Shown: positions 40,619 to 49,431, counted from the first letter of the stretch. The stretch: 64,000 nt of DNA from Candidatus Omnitrophota bacterium (GCA_018830005.1 JAHJTE010000002.1:73517-137516); one strand, 5' to 3'. The notes: a model not told the origin generated them from the letters alone. Numbers and translations: made by a program.

Positions 40619-40829
40619 CGCCATCCTCCCCAAAATAAATAATCGTTTCCTTAAAATCTCTCAATTTTTTAAGGTCCTTCTTGTCATAGACCCTCCAACC
40701 ACGCCAATCACGCTTGGAACGAGTAACCTTGCCAGATTTCTCCCAACGCACAATTGTCTTGGGTGTTACTCCAATGCGATCGGCTATGTCGGTTATAGTC
40801 ATTCTTTTATGTTCATGATTATTAGCCAA
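40611..40829 (-). CDS. Small MerR-type HTH protein (BldC/Xis-like, no effector domain)
   Basis: MTITDIA..IGVTPKTIVRWEKSG...RDWRGWRVY; TTG start chosen after AGGAGG (ORF open to 40853). Confidence 0.8.
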   Translation of the reverse strand: MANNHEHKRMTITDIADRIGVTPKTIVRWEKSGKVTRSKRDWRGWRVYDKKDLKKLRDFKETIIYFGEDGDE

Positions 40830-40879
40830 TTTTAACCTCCTGTTTTTTAACATTTAATTTATGATTACGTTTTCTGGTC

Positions 40880-40919
40880 TGTCTGAGTATGTCCTAGTAT
40901 GTCCTGTATTGTCTTATAT
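40880..40919. repeat. Four 10-bp-period direct repeats (TGTC-N6)
   Basis: TGTCTGAGTA TGTCCTAGTA TGTCCTGTAT TGTCTTATAT. Confidence 0.8.
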
Positions 40920-40929
40920 ATACTAATAC

Positions 40930-40946
40930 AGCATTATCTATGCCAA
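40930..40946 (-). promoter_or_regulatory. Sigma-54 -24/-12 promoter of the EPS/exosortase operon
   Basis: TTGGCATAGATAATGCT = GG-N10-GC; 15/17 identical to the site at 15183-15199. Confidence 0.8.
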
Positions 40947-41211
40947 TTAACACCATTAAAAAATATATATTAATCAGATATTGTAACTCTTTTATTTACA
41001 ATAGGTAATGAATTGAAATTATTTTGGGTTGGAATTACTTTTCGGCTAGGTATTACTGGAGAATGTTGCTAAATTTAAACGAAGAGAATTTATACTTAAA
41101 AAAATACTAAAAATGATTGCTCTAACATGTTGCTATACAATGAGATATCCATGATGTGTATTAATATAAACAGAAAATCTAAATAAACATCAAAATTATA
41201 AATTTTAAAAC

Positions 41212-41568
41212 TTAGAAGAGATCTTCAGAAATGCCTACCTTCCTCCTAAGGACCTTCTTCTGGGAATGGATCTTTTTCTTCTCTAATCTCTTCTCATGCT
41301 TTGCGCGGGATACATTGGTGGGAATACGCGGTTTTGGCTTCTTGCTTAATTGCTTTAGTTTATCCTTTAAGCGATGAAAGGCGAGTTCTAGATTAGCAGA
41401 CTGATAGCGATGCTCTGTAGCAACGCTGGTAACTCCAGTAGGCCGATGATGCAGGCGGACGGCTGTCTCTCTCTTATTCTTTCTCTGGCCGCCTGGACCT
41501 GAGCTCCTATAAAAAGTAACAGTTGTCTGTTTCTTTAAATCGCTTAAATGTAAACTAAGCTTATACAT
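41212..41568 (-). CDS. ArfB/YaeJ-like peptidyl-tRNA hydrolase (ribosome rescue)
   Basis: RSSGPGGQ; basic C-terminal tail (RIPT...RLEKKK..SQKK.LR). Confidence 0.82.
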   Translation of the reverse strand: MYKLSLHLSDLKKQTTVTFYRSSGPGGQRKNKRETAVRLHHRPTGVTSVATEHRYQSANLELAFHRLKDKLKQLSKKPKPRIPTNVSRAKHEKRLEKKKIHSQKKVLRRKVGISEDLF

Positions 41569-41581
41569 CCCTAGGCTTCAG

Positions 41582-41944
41582 CTATTTCTTGAAATGAGCC
41601 GCTATTTTTTTGAATGTGCTAGTTAAATCCTTCGAAACATCACCCAGCCCGACTTTTAAGTCCCCTAATGCCCCTTCGGAAGCCTTCTTATAAACATTGA
41701 ATTTCTTAACCAATTCTTTCTCTTTGACCTGGTATTCTTTTAAGAGTTTGCGAAAATTAGCCCTTGCCTCAATACCAGTATCAATTGCCTCAGTCTTAAA
41801 TTTTTCTATCCCGGGCTTCCATTTCTTAAGCTGGGCCTTGCTTTTTGTTTCTAATTTCTTTAGTTCTCTCTTTACCTTCTTTATCTTTGGTTCTAATTCT
41901 TTAAGTTGTTTTTTGATCTGCTTTTCGATATTCTTTTTCTTCAT
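41582..41944 (-). CDS. Lys-rich coiled-coil hypothetical protein
   Basis: AGGAGG RBS; heptad, Lys/Glu-rich sequence. Confidence 0.65.
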   Translation of the reverse strand: MKKKNIEKQIKKQLKELEPKIKKVKRELKKLETKSKAQLKKWKPGIEKFKTEAIDTGIEARANFRKLLKEYQVKEKELVKKFNVYKKASEGALGDLKVGLGDVSKDLTSTFKKIAAHFKK

Positions 41945-41969
41945 CTCTGCCTCCTTTATTAGCTAAGGA

Positions 41970-42239
41970 TTATTCGAAATTAAAATGTTTTCTTATTTTT
42001 TCACTTATTTTCCATTTACACTTCAATCCTTTGGGGAATTCAACAAAGTCACCTTTGCCGAATTCTACGCTCTGATCAGCGCATTCCACCTTTGCCTTGC
42101 CTTCTAAAATAAAGCACTTTTCAATCTGATCATACTCCCAGTCAAAAGAAGATGGTTCTTTCTCCCATATTGGCCAACCATCTACACCCTGTTGTTTTAA
42201 CATCTCCTGAGTAGGTTTCTCAACCTTTATCTTATCCAT
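41970..42239 (-). CDS. Cupin domain protein (DUF861-like)
   Basis: WPIWEKE.S.F.W.Y...E.C.ILEG, GDFVEFPKG. Confidence 0.85.
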   Translation of the reverse strand: MDKIKVEKPTQEMLKQQGVDGWPIWEKEPSSFDWEYDQIEKCFILEGKAKVECADQSVEFGKGDFVEFPKGLKCKWKISEKIRKHFNFE

Positions 42240-42259
42240 AACAACACCTCCCTATGTAA

Positions 42260-43066
42260 TCAACGTCCTTTTATTAAGCTGAGTACGTTTTCCTTTGTGA
42301 AAATATCCATATCAGAAGGATTTTCCAGAAAATTCTCTACATCCTGCCTTACCTTCTGCCAATCTGTTGTTTTAACAACCTCAAAGATAAAATCCTGCCA
42401 GGTATTCTCTGATGGCATTTCCTTCTTCCACCCAGTTTGCTTAAGGGCGTTTTGTAAGAGGGTAATATTGGGCGAGATATCTCTCCAGCGCGAAAGATAC
42501 CATCCCAGGTCAAAAAAATCTCTGCCCTTGGTATATTTCCTGCTCAACAGTGCACTAAACTTACCGGCAAAAAGCGAAGAAACATCATAGGATAAAAAAG
42601 AAATTGGGAAATACTTATTAACGATATCTGTCTTTAATACTGCTCCTTTTGGCGGATTTGTATCAATCTCAAGCTTTACTGAAAACTTTTGCTCTTTATA
42701 AGGAGAAATTCCAGCCTCATGCATTAATCTCTCGAACTTAACCATTGCATTTTGAACAGTTTTCTCATGTTTATAGGAAATAGAAATATCGTAACCAGCC
42801 AGTTTTAATTCCTGCTTTATTTTCGCCACCAGTTCAACAAACTCATACTCCTTTTCTCTTGTCAGAGAAAAATCTAAGTCTTCTGAGAAGCGTGGCAGAT
42901 TATATAGAAAGCGTAATGCCGTACCGCCTAAAAATGCGGTAGAACGAAATACCCCTTCATCATGCATAATCCTTAAGATATATGCCTGCAGGTATTCACG
43001 CATAATATTCAATTTTGCGTTAAAACCATTCTTTGCCCCTACTAATTCTAAGCAGTAATCCTTCAC
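42260..43066 (-). CDS. AbiEii/AbiGii nucleotidyltransferase toxin (type IV TA)
   Basis: FLGGTALR..Y.LPRFSEDLDF, KLEID, K..A...R...KGRDFFD. Confidence 0.9.
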   Translation of the reverse strand: MKDYCLELVGAKNGFNAKLNIMREYLQAYILRIMHDEGVFRSTAFLGGTALRFLYNLPRFSEDLDFSLTREKEYEFVELVAKIKQELKLAGYDISISYKHEKTVQNAMVKFERLMHEAGISPYKEQKFSVKLEIDTNPPKGAVLKTDIVNKYFPISFLSYDVSSLFAGKFSALLSRKYTKGRDFFDLGWYLSRWRDISPNITLLQNALKQTGWKKEMPSENTWQDFIFEVVKTTDWQKVRQDVENFLENPSDMDIFTKENVLSLIKGR

Positions 43067-43701
43067 AACACCTTTTCTCCCTTCTTGCTAGCGACCCTAT
43101 ATTCCTTGATTGCCTTGGCTACCTTTAACATCTTTGGTTTCTTAAATCGCTGCGCATATTCCAATAGTTTCTTAACATTTACTTTCTCTAGATTCTGAAG
43201 CCTTAATCCCTTTAGATAATCTAAAGAGACCTTTAGTCTCTTTACATAGAAAAAATCAAGAAGCGCTTTCTCGCAAGATGCAATAAAGGCTGTCTGTTTA
43301 TTAACAGTAACGGAGCTATAGCCCCAAAAAAGAGACTCTTTAATATGCCTATAATCAAAAATCCCTGCTTTGGATACAAACCTTGCTTCTCTTTTTGTAG
43401 TAACTGATGTAAATACAGTTGTTGCCTCAGGAATCAAATTATGGTACTCAAATGCTTTTTCTAAACTAATATATGAAGGTGTTTTTAAAACAGCAGCCAG
43501 ATAAGGTTCGTAAACCTCGATCTTGCGATACGGCTCTGCCAATAAATACATACCTTTTTTAAGCTGGATAATCTTGCCTGCCTTTTTCCAACGACTAATT
43601 TGCACTTCGACCAAAGCAGGGTTAGATACGCCTGCAAGCAAAGCTTCGGGATTAATTACTGGTAATTTACTTGTAATCTTTAAGAATTCTTCCCAATCCA
43701 T
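43063..43701 (-). CDS. AbiEi-type antitoxin
   Basis: G.II.LKKG.Y, PSYISLE.A..YH.LIPE, EKALLD; overlaps the toxin gene. Confidence 0.85.
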   Translation of the reverse strand: MDWEEFLKITSKLPVINPEALLAGVSNPALVEVQISRWKKAGKIIQLKKGMYLLAEPYRKIEVYEPYLAAVLKTPSYISLEKAFEYHNLIPEATTVFTSVTTKREARFVSKAGIFDYRHIKESLFWGYSSVTVNKQTAFIASCEKALLDFFYVKRLKVSLDYLKGLRLQNLEKVNVKKLLEYAQRFKKPKMLKVAKAIKEYRVASKKGEKVL

Positions 43702-43747
43702 AACAATAACATAACATATTTGTTAAGTAAATGCAATAGAAATAGTA

Positions 43748-44320
43748 TTAAAATTTATTCTTATGAACTACCTGCTTAAGGGACCTTTTGGGAACATGCA
43801 AAGTACCCTGCTCATCCTTCCAATACTTAACATCTCCCTTGCATTCTTCTATAACCGAGCTCTCTTCAGGAAAGCCTAAGGCAAGCACAAACTCAACGCT
43901 ATAATTATCCGGGACTTTAAAAATTTGTCTTATCTTTTCTTTATCAATTGCCCCTAACCAACAAGAAGCCACGCCTTCACTCCAGGCCGTAAGTATCATA
44001 TTCTCTATTGCGCTGCTAGCATCTACTATACCCCAGGAGCTTTTCTTAGTATCAGTAATGACTATTATATAGGTAAGAGGCCTTTCATCCTTGCCTGGAT
44101 TTCCCTTTGGAGCAATATATCCAGCCCATTTTAAAGCATTAAACAACTCATCTCTTAACTTTGGCTCATTAACAACTATAAATTCACAAGGCTGCAAGTT
44201 TGAAGCACTTGGAGCAAGCCTTGCGCTTTCCAATATTTTCTCTAAGAGCGACTCTCCTATCGACTCTTGTTTAAATTTACGAATTGTCCTGCGTGAGATT
44301 ATGGTTTTATAAACGTCCAT
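43748..44320 (-). CDS. Nitroreductase family protein
   Basis: RRTIRKF, APSASNLQP, G.ASCW; start at MDVYK. Confidence 0.88.
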   Translation of the reverse strand: MDVYKTIISRRTIRKFKQESIGESLLEKILESARLAPSASNLQPCEFIVVNEPKLRDELFNALKWAGYIAPKGNPGKDERPLTYIIVITDTKKSSWGIVDASSAIENMILTAWSEGVASCWLGAIDKEKIRQIFKVPDNYSVEFVLALGFPEESSVIEECKGDVKYWKDEQGTLHVPKRSLKQVVHKNKF

Positions 44321-44321
44321 T

Positions 44322-45212
44322 TTAGATACCACTAGATAAGCAATATGCACTATGAGCCTTATTATATGTCTCTTTTGCGCGCCAGGAGCTTCTGGCAAGA
44401 GGCTCAGAAACAACCACTCTAAAGCCTAAAGACTCTGCACTCTTTTTAAGTTTAGCAAACTCCTCTGGTTTATAATACTTTTTAACCGGCCAATGAGCTT
44501 TTGAGGGTGAAAGATATTGGCCCAGATAAAGGATATCAACACTTACTTGCCTCAAATCATTCATAGTTTTAACAATCTGCGTTTGATTTTCTCCTAGTCC
44601 AATCAAGAGAGCGCTCTTTGTAATAATCGCATGATTAAAATCCTTTAGAGATTTCAACACCTCTAAGGACTTATCATAACTAGAGTCAGGTCTGATTTCA
44701 GGATAGAGCCCTCTTACAGTCTCTATATCATGACCAATAACCTCAGCCCCAGAATAAGCGATCCTCTCAAGAAGTTGAGGCGAATTTGCAAAATCAGGTA
44801 TTAATAGCTCTATTTTTACGTGTGGGCTTTGCTGCTTAATCAGAAATACAGTTTGAATAAATCCTGAGAGACCCTTATCCTTCAAATCATCCCGCGTAAC
44901 AGAGGTTAGAACAACATAATCAAGGCCTAGTTCTCTAATAGCCTGGGCAACCCTTTCAGGCTCATTAGGATCTGGCACATCCAAATCAGCCTTTGAGACA
45001 TTACAGAACTTACAGCTGCGAGAACAGTTCTTACCTAGTAATATATAGGTAAGAGCAAGTCCAGACCAACAAGTGCCTATATTAGGACAAGCTGCCTCCT
45101 GGCATACAGTCCTAAGATTTAAGCGCTGATTTAGCTCTTTTATGCGCTTAAAAGAACTATTGGTGCTTAACTTAACCTTTAACCAGTCTGGTCTCTGACT
45201 TGAATTATCCAT
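44322..45212 (-). CDS. lipA: Lipoyl synthase
   Basis: RPDWLK, CQEAACPNIGTC, CSRSCKFC, TSVTRDDL, RSS; start at MDNS. Confidence 0.92.
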   Translation of the reverse strand: MDNSSQRPDWLKVKLSTNSSFKRIKELNQRLNLRTVCQEAACPNIGTCWSGLALTYILLGKNCSRSCKFCNVSKADLDVPDPNEPERVAQAIRELGLDYVVLTSVTRDDLKDKGLSGFIQTVFLIKQQSPHVKIELLIPDFANSPQLLERIAYSGAEVIGHDIETVRGLYPEIRPDSSYDKSLEVLKSLKDFNHAIITKSALLIGLGENQTQIVKTMNDLRQVSVDILYLGQYLSPSKAHWPVKKYYKPEEFAKLKKSAESLGFRVVVSEPLARSSWRAKETYNKAHSAYCLSSGI

Positions 45213-46602
45213 GGATTGGCTTATCAAATACTGCCTTTGCTGCATCAACAGCAAGTTCGGAGAGTGTTGGGTGGGCATGAACGGTATGGGCAATATCCTG
45301 AACGCGTAAATTATTACTTTTAGCTACTACAAACTCATGTATTAGCTCACTTGCCTCATGGCCTGCAATATGTACTCCCAGGATTTTACCGCTTCTTTTC
45401 TCAGCGATGATCTTGATAAAGCCGTCTTGCTTATGTAAAAGAATGGCCTTTCCGCAAGACCTATAAAAATGCTTAACTACTACAATATCTAGCCCTTTAT
45501 CCCCTGCATTCTTTTCAGTCAAACCAACGCTTGCTGCCTGAAACTCTGAATATACAGCAGACGGTATGGATGAATAATCAATCGGCTTAGGCCTTTTTCC
45601 TGAAATCACATCAGCTGCCAGGATGCCTTCAGCTGATGCCACGTGGGCTAACATAGGAGAGTTTATGCAATCACCAATAGCATAGATATTCTTTATATTG
45701 GTCTGCATTTTTTCATTTACAACAATGCAGCCTTTTTCCAGCAAAACTGCTATTTTCTCCAAACCAAGGCTTTCAGTGTTGGGTGAACGGCCTACACAAA
45801 GAAGCACGTACTCAAACTCCTTATTAATTACCCCGTTAGCAGTCTTGATCTGGGCAATAGAAGAATGGGTTTTTCTCTCTAAGTTAACTACAGAACTCTC
45901 AAGTAAAATTTCAATCCCTGTTCTTTTGAGGTATTTGCTAATTTCCTGGGCAATATCAATATCCTCAAGCGGTAACAACTGGCCTGTAAGCTCAACTATG
46001 CACACCTCAGAGCCTAGGCTTTTAAATAATGAGCCGAATTCTACTCCTATAGCACCGCCGCCAATAACAAGTAGACTCTTTGGTATTTCCTTGAGCCTAA
46101 ATACACCCTCACTTGTAATTACATTTTTATCATCTGGCTCAAGACCAGAGAATACTTTCGGCCGCGAACCTGTGGCAATAATAAAGTTGGAGGCATTGAC
46201 CTCTGTCTCATTGTCGCCACTTATAACCAAAACAGATGTCTTGGAGGAAAAGCGTGCTTGGCCAATAATCAAATCAATATTATTCTTTTTGAATAAATAC
46301 TCAATTCCGCTGCGAAGCTGAGCAGAACTTGATAGAGCGCAAGAGACTAGCCTAGAAAAATCCACCTCTTTAGCTTCCAGGTCTATACCAGCCTTGGCTG
46401 CTTCCTTTGGAATATCATAAAGGTGAGCACTGTTTAATAAGGCCTTGGTGGGAATACAGCCTTCGTTCAAACACACTCCACCTAAGTGTTCCTTGGCATT
46501 CTCTATAACACATACAGATTTTCCTAATTGGGCCAGCCTTATAGCTGCAACATAACCGCCAGGTCCAGCTCCAATTACAACAACATCATATGTCTTTGGC
46601 AT
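45205..46602 (-). CDS. lpdA: Dihydrolipoamide dehydrogenase
   Basis: GAGPGG, GGVCLNEGCIPTK, GGGAIG, HAHPTLSE; start at MPKTY. Confidence 0.95.
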   Translation of the reverse strand: MPKTYDVVVIGAGPGGYVAAIRLAQLGKSVCVIENAKEHLGGVCLNEGCIPTKALLNSAHLYDIPKEAAKAGIDLEAKEVDFSRLVSCALSSSAQLRSGIEYLFKKNNIDLIIGQARFSSKTSVLVISGDNETEVNASNFIIATGSRPKVFSGLEPDDKNVITSEGVFRLKEIPKSLLVIGGGAIGVEFGSLFKSLGSEVCIVELTGQLLPLEDIDIAQEISKYLKRTGIEILLESSVVNLERKTHSSIAQIKTANGVINKEFEYVLLCVGRSPNTESLGLEKIAVLLEKGCIVVNEKMQTNIKNIYAIGDCINSPMLAHVASAEGILAADVISGKRPKPIDYSSIPSAVYSEFQAASVGLTEKNAGDKGLDIVVVKHFYRSCGKAILLHKQDGFIKIIAEKRSGKILGVHIAGHEASELIHEFVVAKSNNLRVQDIAHTVHAHPTLSELAVDAAKAVFDKPIHG

Positions 46603-46673
46603 ATTTAACTCCAATCTTTCCCAGTTAAACCTATTGCTTATTCTACCATTTACAGAAAAAAATGGCAATACAC

Positions 46674-46702
46674 AAAAAAAGGCGCCCCTTTTTAGGGACG
46701 CC
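46674..46702 (-). terminator. Intrinsic terminator ending the GEMM-like RNA
   Basis: GGCGTCCCT-AAAA-AGGGGCGCC followed by T7. Confidence 0.85.
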
Positions 46703-46750
46703 TGTATAATATTCCTGAGCCGACAAAGGTTAACTTACCTTACCTCTCTC

Positions 46751-46918
46751 TTCGGTAACCCAACCACCATACTATGGACCTTCCCCCACTAAAAGTGAGG
46801 TTTCGGGTCGCTATAGCTATAGGTTTGCGGCTTTGTCCTGAACGAATTGCTCAGGATCCCTCAAGGAAATAATCCCTGAAAGATGTCCCTAGATTTCTCT
46901 AGGTTTACCCTTATCGGC
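46751..46918 (-). ncRNA. c-di-GMP-I (GEMM)-like riboswitch aptamer with large hairpin insertions
   Basis: AGGGTAAACC-TAGA-GAAA-TCTA-GGGAC...ACAAAGCC..CCTAT...TATGG..GGGTTACCGA matches GEMM-I core landmarks. Confidence 0.72.
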
Positions 46919-46943
46919 TTAAATAAAAGAACACTTAACGTAA

Positions 46944-46972
46944 AGTATACCCTATAGATAAGGAAAATTCAA
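46944..46972 (-). promoter_or_regulatory. Sigma-70 promoter driving the GEMM-like RNA
   Basis: TTGAAT-17 bp-TATACT. Confidence 0.7.
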
Positions 46973-46976
46973 GATC

Positions 46977-47159
46977 CTATACCTCAGAATCCTTTATGAG
47001 GCGACGATAATATTCCAGGCATTTCTTACAAGTTGGATTCTTCTCGTGCCACTCAGGGTGATCCTTCAGTATCAGATTCATCAAGTATTCTTCTGCCTTA
47101 ATATGAGAAATAGCAGCAACCTCATCAATCTCACGTTGGCAAATTTGGCATCTGTACAT
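46977..47159 (-). CDS. Small putative Zn-binding protein
   Basis: CQIC...H...HPEW...CKKC; AAGGA RBS. Confidence 0.65.
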   Translation of the reverse strand: MYRCQICQREIDEVAAISHIKAEEYLMNLILKDHPEWHEKNPTCKKCLEYYRRLIKDSEV

Positions 47160-47227
47160 AAGTTAGCATCCTTTTTTTGTTAATACTAACATAAAAAGCA
47201 TGCTATGTCAACGTGATATGATCTATA

Positions 47228-48856
47228 TTAAATATATTTATTCTTATTAATCAAACTAACGAAAACAGGTACAATCTTAGGGTCAAATTGCAAACCAGCA
47301 TTAACCCTCAGTTCCTTAATTGCATCCTTGACTGTCATTTTCTTCAATCTGTATGGCCTGTCACTTGTCATCGCATCAAAGGAATCTGCACAGGCAAGAA
47401 TCCTGGCACTTAAGGGTATTTCAGTTTCGGCAATGCGATCAGGATAACCATCGCCATCAAAGCGCTCATGATGATTCCTAACTAAAGGTATGCATTGTTT
47501 CATAAATTTAAGCGGTTGGAGTACTTTTGCGCCCTTAATCGGATGAAGCTCGATAATCGAGCGCTCAACTGCAGTCAATCTTCCTGGTTTATTCAAAATC
47601 AAATCTGATATTCCTACCTTTCCAACATCATGAACAGTGCCGCCATAATGGATTATCCTAAGCATATTATCAGGTAGTTTTAACTTGCGAGCAATATCCA
47701 ATGCATACATTGTAACCCGCTCTGAATGACCTCTTGTATAAGGGTCTCTGGCTTCCATTGCCAAAACCAATGCCCTCAATGTACTGAAATAGTTCTTATG
47801 CACATCATCATAGTTTTTATTTTCCTGAATGGCGACAGCAATCTGATTGGAAAATGCCTTAATCAATTCAATCTCTTCATCACTAAACTGCTTCACATGG
47901 CGATAAAACACGCTAAATACAGCAAGATTTTGCTGTTTGAAAGCTGCTGGAACAACAAGTGCTGAACGCAGATGCTCCTCTTTAGCCTTATCAGGATACA
48001 AGACGCGATCATCATGCTGCATGTCATTGCAAATAAAGACCTTACCACTTGCTGCTGCCCTACCCTCTATACCTTCACCTATCTTAAGAGGAGTCTCCAT
48101 AAGCATGTTTTTACCCAAACCAATGGCAGTCTTTGGAACAAGCATTCTAGACTCATTATCTACATAACGAACTGAAGCAGCATCAGCATGCAATAAGTCT
48201 TTGGCTAATTTTGCAATCAACGAAACAGCCTTTGCAGTATCTCCGTTTGAACAAACTAACTTATTGGCAATAACTAAATCATGCAACTCTTCCTGTTTAT
48301 AGTTTAATCTCTTCAGCAATGTCCTGTATCTTTTATTCAAGGTATCGTTGCCACTAGACACCTTCTTGCTAACAGAACGCATGCGCTTAATCTCAACATT
48401 AAGTTTTTTATTTGAACTCTTAAGTTTACCACAAATACTTTTAAGACTGGTAATCTTACTAGAGTGTTGCTTGCTGAGTCTAACCCGATCAGTGACCTCG
48501 TAAACTAACTCTAATACTTGAATAACATTACCCTTTTTATCTTTAATAGGATTAGCAATAACTTGAAATAATCCTTTCCTGCCATCCTCCAAGATTCCAG
48601 GACGTAATGCCTTATATGTCTTGCCAGTTTTAAATGATCTTCTACATGGACATCCCACACAGATATCATTTCTTCCTTCGTATATTTTATAACAATGTTT
48701 ACCTATGATATTCCTTGTTTTTGCAAACCATTTAATATGCGTAGCATTAACCCAAACAATACGAAAGTCGCGGTCAATTAGTGAAAAACCAGCCGCGACT
48801 TCATCTACGACATGCAATCTTTTAATTAAACTTTTTAGTTGATTTACCTTTAGCAT
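47228..48856 (-). CDS. PAS-GAF-HD-GYP cyclic dinucleotide phosphodiesterase
   Basis: Cys-containing PAS, GAF (GEGIEGR), TRGHSERV, HDVGK, HHERFDGDGYP, DSFDAMTSDRPYR. Confidence 0.9.
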   Translation of the reverse strand: MLKVNQLKSLIKRLHVVDEVAAGFSLIDRDFRIVWVNATHIKWFAKTRNIIGKHCYKIYEGRNDICVGCPCRRSFKTGKTYKALRPGILEDGRKGLFQVIANPIKDKKGNVIQVLELVYEVTDRVRLSKQHSSKITSLKSICGKLKSSNKKLNVEIKRMRSVSKKVSSGNDTLNKRYRTLLKRLNYKQEELHDLVIANKLVCSNGDTAKAVSLIAKLAKDLLHADAASVRYVDNESRMLVPKTAIGLGKNMLMETPLKIGEGIEGRAAASGKVFICNDMQHDDRVLYPDKAKEEHLRSALVVPAAFKQQNLAVFSVFYRHVKQFSDEEIELIKAFSNQIAVAIQENKNYDDVHKNYFSTLRALVLAMEARDPYTRGHSERVTMYALDIARKLKLPDNMLRIIHYGGTVHDVGKVGISDLILNKPGRLTAVERSIIELHPIKGAKVLQPLKFMKQCIPLVRNHHERFDGDGYPDRIAETEIPLSARILACADSFDAMTSDRPYRLKKMTVKDAIKELRVNAGLQFDPKIVPVFVSLINKNKYI

Positions 48857-48881
48857 ATTCTCTTTACCTATATATCAAAAT

Positions 48882-48908
48882 AAAAAACCGCCACTGTTTT
48901 AGCGGCGG
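48882..48908 (-). terminator. Intrinsic terminator in the 5' leader of the HD-GYP gene
   Basis: CCGCCGCT-AAAAC-AGTGGCGG followed by T6, about 25 nt before the ATG. Confidence 0.7.
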
Positions 48909-49024
48909 CAATTATAGACTTTCAACATTATGTCATTTCCCGGTTCCTTATTAAACCATGGCTTTTGCTAACTTAATAAATACCTCCTAAAAGCGCTTTC
49001 TCAATAGATAGTACTGTTTATAAA

Positions 49025-49053
49025 AGTATACATGACTTTCCTAGCTTTTTCAA
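49025..49053 (-). promoter_or_regulatory. Sigma-70 promoter upstream of the HD-GYP leader
   Basis: TTGAAA-17 bp-TATACT. Confidence 0.65.
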
Positions 49054-49119
49054 GACTATGAAAAAGTTTATCAAAAAAGATTTAACTTACTTTAAAATAA
49101 GGGATTATGTCGAAATTTG

Positions 49120-49431
49120 CTATTTTTTGAAGAAATTTTCTGCCTGAGAGCGGTCTGAGGCATGCTTAAAATCAGCATAGTCAATAAGCTCTAATTCCGG
49201 CCGCATCTGCCCTATTCGCTTTATAAGATGAGGAGGAAATCTTCCCTGATTTTGGCGGGTAGCAATAAATTTAAACTCGGAGTTGCATTCTGGACACTTT
49301 TTAGCCTTTAGGTAATCTATTCCTATTGCTCTGCAGTTTGCACAATCGGCACTCAACTGGCCAACAATAACAAGATGTTCCTTTACTTCATTAATATCAA
49401 AATGTTTCCATACCCTTAGTCGAACACGCAT
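49120..49431 (-). CDS. Zn-ribbon hypothetical protein
   Basis: CANC...CPEC. Confidence 0.7.
   Translation of the reverse strand: MRVRLRVWKHFDINEVKEHLVIVGQLSADCANCRAIGIDYLKAKKCPECNSEFKFIATRQNQGRFPPHLIKRIGQMRPELELIDYADFKHASDRSQAENFFKK

Noticed and set aside
40880-40919. Possible CRISPR array or iteron origin
   Set aside because: Units are only 10 bp with no spacers, and no cas or rep gene; better explained as an operator
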